From NCBI RefSeq assembly GCF_006345805.1, contig NC_043007.1, positions 49,166,001 through 49,230,000 on the forward strand: 64,000 bases of DNA, written 5' to 3'. Positions 23,782 to 36,959 of this stretch are shown here, piece by piece. The notes beneath the pieces are model-generated. The model worked only from the letters and a program-made list of their open reading frames with translations, searched no databases and was not told where the DNA came from. This stretch comes from Octopus sinensis. Lineage: Eukaryota. The stretch's first letter is position 1. Each line of letters begins with the position of its first letter. Made by a program: the position numbers and the translations under genes.

Positions 23782-26700
23782 TATTATGTCGCACGTTCGG
23801 ATGCCTTCTACTCAAAACTACACTCTACTCTACTCTCCTTTTACTACTCTTGACATCTAGGTTTCTCCCTCTATATCTACATATTGGGCTAGCCTACTTC
23901 ATCATCTGGGGGCGTCCACACAACATCTCCCCCTTTTGAAATTTTTAAACCCGAATTTATCAATTTTATTTTCTCGGTGAAAATGCGTGTTCCATTTTCA
24001 TTGATAGCAAAAACTCCATCTGGAAATCGTATTTCAACAGAGTAGTCCCCCAGCGCTGTAAGCGGTTTGCCGAGTGCGTTGGGATACCTTTTTCGAACCA
24101 AAAATAGACAATAGCGGTCGGTCATCCGTTTGCAGTGTAAACTTCCTCCCATGTAAGAATTTAAGGATTTTTTACTGCGAAGATTAATGATAACGCCTCT
24201 TTTTCAATCTTGCTGTAGTTTCTTTCCGCTGGTAATAGAACTCTCGATGCATGTGCAATAGCTTTGATTTTACCATCATTAAATTTATGCAATATCACAG
24301 CACCATACCATATTCACTGGCATCCGATGCCATAATTATTTTCAGATTTGGGTCGAAATGAGTTTATGATAACTCTGATGGTAACCACTTTTTTAATTCC
24401 TCGAATGATTTCTGACATTCGTTTGTCCAGCTCCATTTCGAGTCCTTCTTTAGTAACTTAGCTCATACATTTTAGATATGTACAACTGGTAATAACTTAC
24501 CAAACCTAAAAATGCTTGTAGTGTTGTTTTGTTTGTGGGAGCAGGCATTTTTTTTTATCGGGTCGATCCTAGAAGGGTCTGGTTTTCGTCCCTTTTCATC
24601 AATCACCTTTCCTATGTACTTTATTTTTGTCAAGAAAAATTCACATTTATCCTCCCTTACTTTAAACCCGTAATCACATATTTGTTTGAAAACCTCTTCT
24701 ATATGTTCAATATGTTGGTCCTTTGATTCACTTTTGATCAATATGTCATCAAAGTATGAGACCGCGAACTCACAATCTGCTAGCATAGTATCCATCACTC
24801 GCTGAAATATTGCTGATGCGACCTTTACCCCAAATGGCAGTCTTTTGAAACGGTACAGACCTTTATGAGTATTGATCGTTAATACTTTAGCACATTCTTC
24901 ATCTACCAGTAATTGGAGGTAGGCCTCTGACAAATCCAGCATGGAAAAATTTTCCCACCATTGCATTTAGCAAATATTTCTTCTGGGTTTGGAAGCGGAT
25001 AATTGTAACTTCTTAAACAATCATTAAGACCAGTTGAGAAGTCCGCATATACTCTTACCTCATTGACCTTCTTTTCTATGTGTACCGTAGGAGCCGCCCA
25101 CTCAGAGTAGTCTACTTTTTCAATTACTTCCATGTCTTCCAATCTTTTTAATTCCTTCTCAACTTGATTTAATGCCGCAAAAGGTACATTCCTTTTCGGT
25201 TTGAACACCGGCACCGCATTTTCTTTCAACTCAAACTTTACTTTAATTTTTTTACACATACCGAGCTCTTTCGAAAAAATATCAGGGTACATCTTTTTCA
25301 ATTTTAATTTCATTTTTTCCGATGCTTTCTCTGACACGGACTGTGACGCATTCACCTTCTTACATAATGTATTCATTGATAGATCCGACAGGTCGAATCC
25401 TTCCATTATATCTGCCCCGAACAGATTCATTGTATTCTTAGATACCATTAGTTTACATTTCCGCGTCCTGTTTTTAAGTTTTATTTCTGGTGAAATTTCG
25501 CCCAAGAATTGAACTCGTTCCCTTGACACACCGTAGGCTATCCTAGTAGTTTTTTTTTATACAACGGCCTGCCTATCTTACTCGATGTTGCCGTATTTAT
25601 TATCGATACGTCTGAACCGGTATCTAATTGCATTTTGGTCTGAAACCCATTTATTTCTACCAACACAAATGTTCGTTTTTGTCTGGTATAATTTTCTTCT
25701 GTTTTACCATTTTCTTTGACCGGCATTTCGTCTGTATATGTCCAATTTTACCACACTTAAAACAGGTTTGGCATTTCGTCAGTATATGTCCAATTTTACC
25801 ACACTTAAAACAGGTTTATCTTCAAAGGGGCAATATCTCCGCAACCATAGCTACCGTTTTGAATTTAAATGTTTCCTTCTTTCTATACTTTCTGTACACA
25901 TTTGTACATTATTATTCTTGTCTTTTATCTTTCTTGTATCATATCGAAGGTTTATTATTTGTTGGTATTCTTCAGCCACATTCTGCAAAGTTAGTTTCAT
26001 ATCTTGATTCAGTTTTAATAATATTATTTTTCTAATTTCCGCGTCTTCCGTTGCCACTAGCCCTTTAACGAATATTAGGCACTTGAACATATCTGGCGGT
26101 AATTCTTCCAGCTTAAACCTTTCTCAAGCCTAATTAACCATACCGGCATATGTTACAAAATCATCGGACTCGTTTTTCTTTAAATTTAAACATTTCCATC
26201 GAATGTTAAACTGCGAACTTTTCTCGCTAAAAATAGTAGTCAAAATATTTACCGTTTCATCAAAACACAATTCCGCGGGCTTTCTCGGCAAAATAAAGTT
26301 ACAAAAACTTTCGTGTTCCGGAGTAGCAAGCTTTCGCAAGAGGAGCCTTACCTCTCTTTCACTAGACCATCCCTAGCAATCCTCTCGGAATATGTCTTCG
26401 TATCGTCTATAATATGCAGCAAAAGTAGTGCCCTCATCCGGATTGTAGTGAAATTCTTCTATGGAATTTGCAACACCATCTGCTGAAAATGATTCTGTCG
26501 TATTTCTCGACTGCAGTAACAATTCTGTTAACTTCTGTAGTTGTGCTGCTGCTGCTGCTCTTGTTGTTTTACAACTGCTTTCAGTAACTCTTCCATTTCG
26601 GTACTATTCGAAATCCTCGTCGCCACTGTTATATCGCAATACTGCACAGTGGCTGTGTGAGCTACGAAATCCTCGTCGCTATTGTTATGTCACACGTTCG

Positions 26701-26826
26701 GATGCCTTCTACTCAACACTACACTCTGCTCTACTCTCCTTTTACTAATCTTAACGTCTAGGCTTCTCCCTCTATATCTGCGTATTGGGCTAGCCTACTG
26801 CATCGTCTGGGGGCGTCCACACAACA
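23782..26826 (-). mobile_element. Ty3/Gypsy LTR retrotransposon (Mag-like), decayed, integrase absent
   Basis: 144-bp LTRs at 23782-23925 and 26683-26826, PPT AAAAGGGGGAGA next to the left LTR, and PBS TGGCGACGAGGAT. Gag CCHC, protease LDTGS, RT (LPFGV, YFDDIL) and partial RNase H are present. Inserted in (TA)n. Confidence 0.92.
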
Positions 26827-27265
26827 TATATACAGACATATGTATACACACACACACACGCATATATACAGACATATATATATATATATATATACATGCA
26901 TGTATATATGCATGTGTGTGTGTGTGCATGTGTGCATGTATGTATACTTTTCGTTATTTAATCTGATTAATGCTAGTTTTTATTGCCTGCTTAACATCAT
27001 CTTTATGCTATATGTTTTTTATGTGCATGTTTTGACACGGTACTGCTCATCCAAAAATTTGCTATGAATTGTTTGATATAGTTTTTGTCGATTATATTAC
27101 TTATCGACTCTTCTTGAAACAAAACTAGTTCATAAAAGCGTATTTTATCAATTACTAATCATGGCTTTGCTTTGTGTCTTCGAACTCCAGAAAGATGTAA
27201 ATTATTTTCTGTGACACTGAATAATTTATGGGATTGCAAAGTCAATTATCTGGCACCTTCTATCT

Positions 27266-27304
<39 letters not shown>

Positions 27305-27306
27305 TA

Positions 27307-29330
27307 CCAGGCCTATCTTCTATTATTCTGTCAGTCTGAATGTTAAAGTCCCACAATCTTATATTTCTTACTTTCTAGTACTTTACTAGGTTCATGTTCA
27401 TACCATTTATCAGTATGTTCAAATCCTATCTTTCTACATAACTCATAGTGGATTACTCTTCCTAGGTTGTCCTATCTTTTCTTGAATTCTTTCTGTATCA
27501 GCATCTATATTCACTTACTATATGAGTAACATTTTCCTCTTTGATTTGCATAACCTGCATTGGGAATCTACTTGGTTTTTGTCTATCTGTTTATCCAATT
27601 AGTCCTTAATGCTTGATCTTGTGCTGCTACTAACATACTTTCTGTCTCTCTTTTCTGCCTTCCTTTCTGCAACCATAGCCATGTCTCACTACCACTATTT
27701 GCTCTTGCTAACTCCACACAGTCTTCTACTGATATTAACCCTCTTCCTTCCTTTTTACGTAAGTATAATCTTACTACTTCTGTCCTTGGGTGGAGTTTTC
27801 CGTTCATATTGAATTCTTTCCTAGCTCATCTGTCTAATTTTGCTAATTCAGTTTTTGTTCAATCTACAAAAGTTGCTGACTATCTAAGTAATGATACTGC
27901 CCAACTATTTCAACCTTCACTAGATTCGGACCATTTAATTTCGACTTCATTAGCTTCCTCACACTTCTCATGAATTCTTTCTCAATTTTCATTTTCATTT
28001 CTATAGTTAGTACTCTGTTAGATTCTAATACCTCTAGATATTTATAAGTTTCTCCTTCTTTCAGTGATTTTAATGTCTGGCCATCTGGAAATTGGATGCA
28101 TTCACTGTTGACTACCTTTTCATGACTAATATTGCACACTTATCTATGCCAAATTCCTTGCCTATATCTTTGCTGAAGAGTTTTTCTCTATTAAGGAATC
28201 TATCTGTTTTTCATTCTTACTAAAAAGCTTCATGTAGAGCAAATGATTAATTTTTTCCTTGCAATTTCTGAAATGGTAGCCGCCTTTGCCTTTCTTAATA
28301 CTGAGCTGGCTCACTCACTACTTCTCTTACTTTCTTTAACATACTGCATCTCTATTAGGATTGACTGGTCTATCTCAAATAATCCATTCTGTTGATACTG
28401 ATCTGTTCTTTTCTTATATCTGGAAAGCTTACCTACTACTGCTATGATACGCCGTTTCAATTCTTCTATGACTGTTCCAAATCCTTTCTCTTTGACTAAG
28501 TATCTTTTCTCAGCAGAAGAATTAGATCTTGTGTTTCCTAACTTGTTCAGTTTCCAGGCTTCTATTCTACTCAGATCTTGTCTTAAAGTCTTCACTTTAT
28601 TTTGTAGTTTCCGTTTTCTCGTTTTCTCTTTTCTAATCTTTCTTTGTGGAATATCTAATCTTCTAGTAACTACTACCCATCTTGCATACAGCAATAAGTT
28701 AATGTCTCCTATATTTTTAGTATCTATCCTACTGATAAAAGAATCTACTTTCGTAGTATTTTTTGCAGCTTCCTTTAGTTGGTGCCTTTTAATGCTGGTA
28801 ATCTTTTTCTTTCTTCTTTAATCATGACCTTTTGCAACTCATCTAAAATCTTATCTTCTGATCTTCCTCACTTAAATCACTTAAATCACTGGTTACAGTT
28901 GTCCCTTCCTCATCGATAGAGCTATTATTATTTTTTATAGGATCTTCTTGGGCTTGAACCGTATCTTATATGTTGTTGTTTGTCTTTCCTACTGCCTGGT
29001 CTTTCATTTTTCCAGTTTTCTTGTGATCTCTTCTACCTCCAATGCTGTCATCCACTTTCTTCTCCTAATAGCATTAGGTTGATATACTATTCTCTGCTCA
29101 GTCACTATAAACATACCCTGCTCCAACCAATGTGTTAACATCCGTTTTCTATAACCCCTTCTTTTAGTTTCACTTTCTATGTAGCACTGCATCACTATTC
29201 TGTTTTCTTCGCTGATCCACTTCCTCATCCTTACTCTATTGTCTGATGATGCTGTCTTAGGATAACAGTTGTGGTCAGTCTGCATCTTTACTGAACCACT
29301 ACCTAGCGAGAGGCCTTCCCTTAAAGGTTT
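27307..29330 (-). mobile_element. Degenerate R4/Dong-type LINE with internal deletions
   Basis: Motifs RKWISEENRIVMQCY, YKYLEVLE, LHPRTEVVRLYL..GRGL, ETESMLVAAQDQAL and LWDFNIQTD. Confidence 0.8.
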
Positions 29331-29718
29331 AACCTCATTTTTACTGTTACATTCATAGTTTATACGCAAAATCTTGTCTCTTATAAAATGAGGTAAGGTA
29401 ACGTTCGTCACCATCATCATCACCACTATTTTTATTCGACATCTGATAGTTTCAAGTAACTTTCTATTGTATCACTTGCTCTACTTTTGTGCTGGTGAGA
29501 TGTATACTTCATGTTTTTTGTCTTTAGGGAATATTGTATTGCATCAGTATGTTTTGTTATGGGTTTCATTTGAGTTTTCTGTTGTATTAGTTTTTGTACT
29601 GTGTGTTGCTTGTGCAGTGCAAGGTGTTGGGTATCAGACTTCTATGGCACATGTTGTGGGGGGTTTTCTTCCCTTTTTGGCGGTATCTAGTGTATGAGTT
29701 TATAATAATAATAATAAC

Positions 29719-29760
<42 letters not shown>

Positions 29761-29784
29761 TTTATTATTATTATTATTATTATT

Positions 29785-31481
29785 CAGTAGTTTTATTTTT
29801 ATAGCGTGCCTTCACTTCACTACCGAGCGCAGCTCTGTGTGCCTTGGGTATATGCTGTAATTTTTTGTGATGCTCTGATGGTTATTGTATGGAAAGTGTT
29901 CTGCGTAGGATGTGTGCAGTGCCTAGTAGTGCAATTTTCTGTATGTTATATGTGTTTGTAAGTCCTGGTGTTTTTGTTATGTATTTGTCTGAATATTTTT
30001 TTATCATGCCTAATGCACCTACTATGATAGGAATTGTTTCTGTTTTCAGATTCCACATTCTAGTTACCTCTATTTCCAGGTCTTTGTATTTTGAGAGTTT
30101 CTCCATTTCTTTTAGAGACACGTTGTCATCTGCCGGTATTGATACATCAATTAGAAAGCATTTTTTTTCTTCATGGTCTCTGACAACTATATCTGGTCTG
30201 TTGGCCTTAATTTCTCTGTCTGTGTGTATCGGCATATCCCAGAGTATGGTTGCTTTCTCGTTTTCTGTGACCTTTTCTGGTGTGTGCCTATACCATCTTT
30301 TTTCTGTTGTTATTCCATAATGTTGGCATAGCTTCCAATGTATGTAGGTTCCAACTCTGTCATGTCTGTGAATATATTCCTTCTTAGCCAGGACTGGGCA
30401 GCTAGAGATAATATGATTTATTGTTTCTTGTCCATCTCCACATATTCTGCAGTTACTTGTAATATTTCTTTTCATTACATGTTTTTGGTAATTTCTGGTG
30501 GGGAGGCTTTGGTCTTGTGCTGCAATTAAAAATCCCTCTGTTTCTGCTTTGAGTCCTGAGCTTCTCAACCATTGCTGGGATTTTTCTTTGTCTATTTCTT
30601 TTGCGTTTAGTTTAGTGCAGTATTTACCATGAAGGGGCTTTTCTTGCTATCGTTTTATCATGGTTCGTTGCTGTTCTATTTTTAGTTTGGATTTCATTTG
30701 TTTTATAGCTTTTGTTGTTTTTCTCTTCTTCTTCTTCTTCTTCATGTTTATTAGGTGGTATGATTTCTTGTTTGTATTTGTCAGCTTCCTTAAATACTGA
30801 GAACAGTTTTTGTTTTGCTCGTGTTTTGCCGCTATCTGGATCAGTTTTCCTTCCTTCTGAAGTAGATATTTTTGCAGTCCTATGGTGGTTATTTTATAGT
30901 AGTTTTCCAGCTGTATAAGGCCTCTACCACCTTCTATACGTTGTATATATAGTCTTTCTATGTCAGATTTTGGGTGATGCATCCTAGATCCTGTCATTAT
31001 TTTCTTGTTTTCCTATCTATTTTGGTCAGTTCATTTCGTGTCCAGTTAAGGATATTGTAGCTGTAACTTATAACTGGGACAGCTAAAGTGTTGATACCTA
31101 TTATCTTGTTTTTAGCATTGAGCTCTGTGTTTAGTATTGATCTAACTCGTCTATAATATTCTTTTTTTATTTTCTCTTTCATTTGTGTGTGTTGTGTCTT
31201 ATCTAGTTCATGGATTCCTAAGTATTTGTAAGTTTGACTTTGGTCTAATTCTTTTATTTCATTGGTTTTATCTAGTGTGATGTTGTTACTCTTAACTAGT
31301 TTTCCTCTTTTCATGGTTACTTTGGCGCATTTTTCTAATCCAAATTTTATATCTATTTCTTTGGTAAATCCATGAACTGTCTTTAATAGTGTTTCCAGCT
31401 GTTTGTCATTTGCAGCGTATAGTTTTAGGTCATCCATATATAAAAGGTGGCTGATCGTTTTACCGTAACATTTATATCCGC
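29785..31481 (-). mobile_element. 5'-truncated R4/Dong LINE (RT C-terminus, CCHC, restriction-like endonuclease)
   Basis: YMDDLKLYA, CRIC..ETINHIISSC, RHD, NRPDIVV..IDV and EKLSKY. (TAA)n tracts on both sides. Confidence 0.92.
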
Positions 31482-31482
31482 A

Positions 31483-31562
<80 letters not shown>

Positions 31563-31569
31563 TTATTAA

Positions 31570-31877
<308 letters not shown>

Positions 31878-31899
31878 CATTATTATTATTATTATTATT

Positions 31900-32180
31900 G
31901 AGTGAGAGAGCAGTGCATGCCATCAAAGACACAGGGGTAAAATATACGAAGCCCAGTATAGCCATCATGACTACCCGTCTGATAAGGGTACACCAGGCAC
32001 ATGCATCACAACCATATGTGCGCGACATGGTGATCTCATATCAAGATAAACAGTACATGACCTTGCAGGTGGGGCCCAGTTAGAATTTTCTTCAGGTCGA
32101 GTAACCCATCCCACTCGAAAGGTCCCTGAATAAGGGTTGTTTAAGGATGTTGAACGAAACACTCATGTTTCCAGAGGTGA

Positions 32181-32182
<2 letters not shown>
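31900..32182. repeat. Unclassified GC-richer repeat fragment between (TTA)n tracts, possibly a LINE UTR
   Basis: ~280 bp of complex sequence bounded exactly by (TTA)n on both sides, with no coding similarity recognised. Confidence 0.45.
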
Positions 32183-32251
<69 letters not shown>

Positions 32252-32253
<2 letters not shown>

Positions 32254-35200
32254 TATGTTTGACTTTTGCTTTATATTTGTACAAGTTGGCTCCAAGTCTC
32301 ACCCAGAGACCTCAAGAGACAACAGGGTTGGAAGTTCATGTTGTTGTTATGCCTAGTGTGCCATATATTTGGGGGGTGGGTGGAGGTGTTGTACTAATGA
32401 ATGTCTAAAAAAAAAAGTTTTTTTTTTTTTTTAATTTTAAACCGAAAATTATGTTTGTTTTAAACCTTGAGATTACATAGAAAGTATTTTGCGTAGGATA
32501 TGAGCAGTTCCCATGAGCACTATCTTTTGAATTTCTGCCATTTTTGGGTTTCCTGGTATCTGAGTTAGGTAGCTATCTGCCCCTTTTGCTATCATTCCCA
32601 GGGCACCTATGACAACAGGTATTGTTTTAGTCTTCAGCTTCCACATTTTGCTGATTTCTATTTCAAGATCTTTATATTTGCTCAGTTTTTGGTAGGTCCT
32701 GACAGATACGTTTATATCGATTGGGACAGTCATATCAATGAGGAGGCATGTTCTTTGTTTGAAGTCTTTCAATATGATGTCTGGCCTATTTGCATCTATC
32801 TTTCTGTCAGTTTGAATGGCGAAGTTCCAGAGGAGTGAGATGTGGTCATTTTCAAGCACTGGGGATGGTTTGTGTTCCCACCAGTTTTTTTCATGGGGCA
32901 AATCCAGGTTTTTACAGATTACCCAGTGAATATATTGTGCAGCTCTATCGTGCCTGTTGAGATACTCTGTAGGCGCTAGAAGACTGCACTTGGAGATCAC
33001 ATGGTCAATGGTTTCATTTTGTTGCTTGCATACACGACACGTTGGACTGCTTCTGATCTTTAATATGTTGGCCTGGTAGTTTCTTGTTGGTAGGCATTGA
33101 TCTTGAGCTGCTATGATAAACCCCTCTGTTTCAGATTTTAAGCCAGAGGCCATTAGCCATTGATGGGTCAGGGCTTTGTCGATATCTGCATTATTCGCTC
33201 TCTTTGGGTATTTGCCATAGAGAGGTTTTTCTTGCCATTTATTATTCAGAATATCTAAGGCCGCAGTTTTGGCACGGGTTTTCATGCGCCTAGCTTTTTC
33301 TGTGCTTGTTTCTTGTATGTCTATCTCTAATTCCGAAATTGGTTGTATTCGGAATTCACTTAGATATTCCTTTGCCTGTTTTGTGACTGAGTATGATGCT
33401 TTCTTGTTTTCATGTTTCGAGACAAGTTTTAACATCCAGTCCTCAGGGTTTTTCAGGTAGGTGTCTAGGCCAATTGTAGCAATCTTCATTGTTATTGCCA
33501 GTTGTAAAAGTCCACCGCCTCCCTCTTTTCTTGGCAGATAAAGTCGTTCTGTATCTGCCTTAGGGTGGTGCATTCTATGCATTGTCAACAGTTTTCGTAT
33601 ATTTCTGTCAAGATTACATATTTCAGTAATTGACCAGTTAACGATACTGAAACTGTAAGTCACCACTGGTATGGCTAATGCATTGATCGCTTCGATCCTG
33701 TTTCTCGCATTCAGCTCTGTCTTGAGTATTGCTCTTACTCTGCGATAGCATTCTCTCCTGATCCTTTCCTTCATCTCTGAATGCCTTATTCCTTCTCCTT
33801 CAATTACCCCTAGATACTTGTAGTTCTCTGCTGGGTCTAATTCTCTTATGACATTCTGCTGGTCAAGGTTAACGTTAGATGTTTCTGTCATTTTTCCTTT
33901 GATAAAGGTAGCTTTTGCGCATTTATCGAGGCCAAATTGCATTCTGATGTCATCACTGAATTGTTTGACAATCGCTAGTAAGCCCTTGAGTTGTTGGTCA
34001 TTTTTTGCAAAGAGCTTTAAATCATCCATGTAAATGAGATGATTTATATTTTTATCAAACATTTTATATCCGTACTGCGCGTCATTGAGCAGTTTTGAGA
34101 GAGGTATTAAGGCTAAACAGAAAAGGAGCGGTGATAGTGAGTCACCCTGGAAAATGCCACATGAAATTTTTACATCACCAGCATTTAGAGATTCATTGTC
34201 ACTGTTCAAAGTTAGTGTGGTTCTCCATGATCTCATACTTACAGACAAAAAGTTTCGCAGAGCAGGTGCTATCTTATACCTTTCTAGGCATTTATTAATC
34301 CAGCTATGTGGTAGGCTATCAAAAGCCTTTTTATAGTCTATCCAGGCTATTGATAAGTTTTTGTGTCGTTTGTGACAATCTTCTAAGATCATCTTATTGA
34401 TGAGTAGTTGATCTTTACAACCGTAGGATCCACGTTTACATCCTTTCTGTTCATTAGGGAATATGCTGCTGTCTGTCAAAAAACTATAGGTATATTCCGT
34501 CAGGACAGATGTTAGTGTTTTATACATAGTTGTTAAGCAGGTTATGGGTCTATAGTTTTTGGGTTCATTTGTTTCTTCACTTTTTGGAAGCAGGAATGTT
34601 AACCCATTAACTAGCCAAAGAGGCATCCTACTAGGGTGTTGCAAAACATCATTGTAAAGTTCTGCTAGCAGTTCATGGCTCTCTGGGAAGGCATTCAACC
34701 AAAAGTTAGGGATTTTATCCTTTCCTGGAGACTTCCATTTGCTTGACCTCCTGAGAGCAGATCTTATATCTTCTACGTTGACACCCTCCCACTTTTGCTC
34801 TTCTAAGGAGTCCAGTTCTTTAGATATTCTATCAATCCAGGGGGCCTTTTCGCTGTGTGTTTTTTCTTCTGCCCAAATTTTATTCCAAAATCCCTGCACT
34901 TCTTCTTTTGATGGTACAGACTTTACAGTAACTGTTGTTTTTCCTATCTTCCTGTAAAAATGTTGGGGTTATTTTTGAACATGTTGTTGTCCCTGTAGAA
35001 TCTAATACGCTTTTCATACCTCGCTACGCGGGCAGCTTTAGCAGATACCTTTTGCTTGATGGTTTCTATGGTGGCATCAATATCAAGTATAGTTTTCATA
35101 TTATATTTTTTCATTAGTTTTTGGGTTTTTGCAGGTTTGGTAGTCTTATGAACCTTAAGGTTTTTCAAATATTCAATGTCAGATCTAAATAGTTTAATTT

Positions 35201-36632
35201 GTTGTTGCAAACGCTCTTGCCAAGAAGGCTTTTTGTGGAAATGTTGCCGTTTTCTAATCTTTTCACCATATAGGATCGTTGAGATTTTCGCGGATGCATA
35301 GTATAGGTGGTTGAGATCTGTGATATCAACATCATTAGCTGAAATTATATCCTTAAGTGCAAGCCGGATTTTACCAATTATTTTCATGTTTTGGTTAGAT
35401 TTGCGCATTTTAGGGAGTGTATCACGTTCATCCATACTGGTTTCTTTAATCCATTCAATCATGATTTGACTTTTTAGCTCATGTAGTTCTGTTGGGTCAA
35501 TATTTGTGTGACTTTCTTTATCTATTTGATGTTCATCTGTCTTAGTGTTTATATTTGGTTCAGGGAGTATTTCACTTTGCCTATCACTTATACTAACTCT
35601 TTCAATCCTTACTTCGTTTGTATTAGCTCTGAGCTGGTCTATAATTATTTCCTCTGTATTATCTTCTTTAGCTGCAGCTTCGTTCATTCTATCCGTTACT
35701 GCTTGTTTAATTTGATCAATCTCTACTTCAGTCAGTAATTTTTTTTTTATAATGTTTCTTCTGACGTTGGCAAGTTTGTTACTGTCTATGTAGGGTCTTA
35801 CTTCAGGGTGTTTCTGTCTCCAGTTTATGTAGGTTTGTATAGTGTTCGATTTATCTGTGGGGAAATATATGGCATGCTAGAAGGCTGCAAGGACTTCTTT
35901 ATTATCTTCCCTAGTCCATTTTTCCTTCTTTTTCTTTTGAGTGTTTGGTGACGAGCATGGATGGCCATCTGTTGGAATATTCCAGTTGCGGGGTACGTCC
36001 CGCTCCTGTGTGTCGGGAAGATTTGATCCAGTAGCTGATTTTTCAATCAGACTTTGGTTCAATTTTCGGGTACGTGGTCTTTTGTAGTCCGCTCGTCGAC
36101 CATCGCGGATTGTAGGTTGTTTTGTTGACATTGAAGCATGACGAGCTTCGACTCTTACATTAAGAGACGGATCTGTCAGTTTAGGATTTTCTGCACGTAA
36201 ACATTGCTCGTAGTGCAGTTTCCTAAGGCTAGCAGATCTGTATTCGTCTGTATTTTTTTTGTTGATAGTTTTATCTCCGGGCATAGTTTTCCCTTCTTTT
36301 TATTTATTTATTCATTTATTTCTTTAAACTTATGAAAGGTTCACTCTCGCTGTATTAGTTCGAAAAAATGAGAATAAAATACGAGAAAAAAAATAATAAT
36401 AAACAAATATAAAATAAGAATTATCATCATCACTGTCATCACTGTCATCACTGTCATCATCATCATCATCATCATCAATGACATTGTTTTATGTGTAGTC
36501 ACAGCGGTAGCTTATTATTATTATTATTCTCACTATCACCATCACCACGGTGGAGTGGTCATGTTCTATAAATAGATTCATCAGATGGTGGACAAAGGAC
36601 ATTTTGGGTCAGGAAAAGGTCAAACCTGTTTA
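32252..36632 (-). mobile_element. Near-intact full-length R4/Dong non-LTR retrotransposon
   Basis: Single ORF ~36284-32473 broken only by a TAG at 35877-35879 and a frameshift near 34955. Motifs NYRPITCL, EQKG, GIFQGDSLSPLLF, YMDDLKLF, CCHC and RPDII..IDM..KLSKY. The 3' end joins (TAA)n, and the 5' end motif is shared with the copy ending at ~45099. Confidence 0.95.
32473..34899 (-). CDS. Reverse transcriptase + CCHC + restriction-like endonuclease of the R4/Dong element (808-aa open segment)
   Basis: ORF track translation contains all RT motifs and the PD..D..K endonuclease core. Confidence 0.85.
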   Translation of the reverse strand: MQGFWNKIWAEEKTHSEKAPWIDRISKELDSLEEQKWEGVNVEDIRSALRRSSKWKSPGKDKIPNFWLNAFPESHELLAELYNDVLQHPSRMPLWLVNGLTFLLPKSEETNEPKNYRPITCLTTMYKTLTSVLTEYTYSFLTDSSIFPNEQKGCKRGSYGCKDQLLINKMILEDCHKRHKNLSIAWIDYKKAFDSLPHSWINKCLERYKIAPALRNFLSVSMRSWRTTLTLNSDNESLNAGDVKISCGIFQGDSLSPLLFCLALIPLSKLLNDAQYGYKMFDKNINHLIYMDDLKLFAKNDQQLKGLLAIVKQFSDDIRMQFGLDKCAKATFIKGKMTETSNVNLDQQNVIRELDPAENYKYLGVIEGEGIRHSEMKERIRRECYRRVRAILKTELNARNRIEAINALAIPVVTYSFSIVNWSITEICNLDRNIRKLLTMHRMHHPKADTERLYLPRKEGGGGLLQLAITMKIATIGLDTYLKNPEDWMLKLVSKHENKKASYSVTKQAKEYLSEFRIQPISELEIDIQETSTEKARRMKTRAKTAALDILNNKWQEKPLYGKYPKRANNADIDKALTHQWLMASGLKSETEGFIIAAQDQCLPTRNYQANILKIRSSPTCRVCKQQNETIDHVISKCSLLAPTEYLNRHDRAAQYIHWVICKNLDLPHEKNWWEHKPSPVLENDHISLLWNFAIQTDRKIDANRPDIILKDFKQRTCLLIDMTVPIDINVSVRTYQKLSKYKDLEIEISKMWKLKTKTIPVVIGALGMIAKGADSYLTQIPGNPKMAEIQKIVLMGTAHILRKILSM

Positions 36633-36793
36633 CTAGTACCAGCGTTATCTTGAAAAGCAATCCAGCTATATATATATACCTATACACATATGTATATATA
36701 TATGTATATTCACATACGCATATTCTCTGATATTCACTCTATGATTTTTTTTTTTGTTTAACAGTCATTTTCATAGCACTTTTTTGATGGCCC

Positions 36794-36854
36794 GATAACT
36801 GAAGTGATGTCGGCGTAGGTTTCCGCCCCGACATCCGAAACACGGAGTTTTATC
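36794..36854 (+). ncRNA. Degenerate type I hammerhead motif
   Basis: GATAA-CTGAAGT-GATGTCGG[14 nt]CCGACATC-C-GAAAC-ACGGA-GTT-TTATC. Stem I is 5 bp and stem II is 8 bp; the conserved A9 is altered. Confidence 0.55.
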
Positions 36855-36959
36855 ATGGCTACCGAATAATTGTCACATATTATATTTACAGATATATATA
36901 TAAAATTGTGATTCAGTTGAATTAGGTTACTTAAGTTGAAGCATCAAATCAGTCCGGTA

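Noticed and set aside
36500-36632. HDV-like ribozyme at the Dong 5' end (and ~44960-45099)
   Set aside because: It is plausible for R2/R4 elements, but I could not assemble the nested double pseudoknot by eye; the CTGATGA on the minus strand has no matching GAAA and stems.
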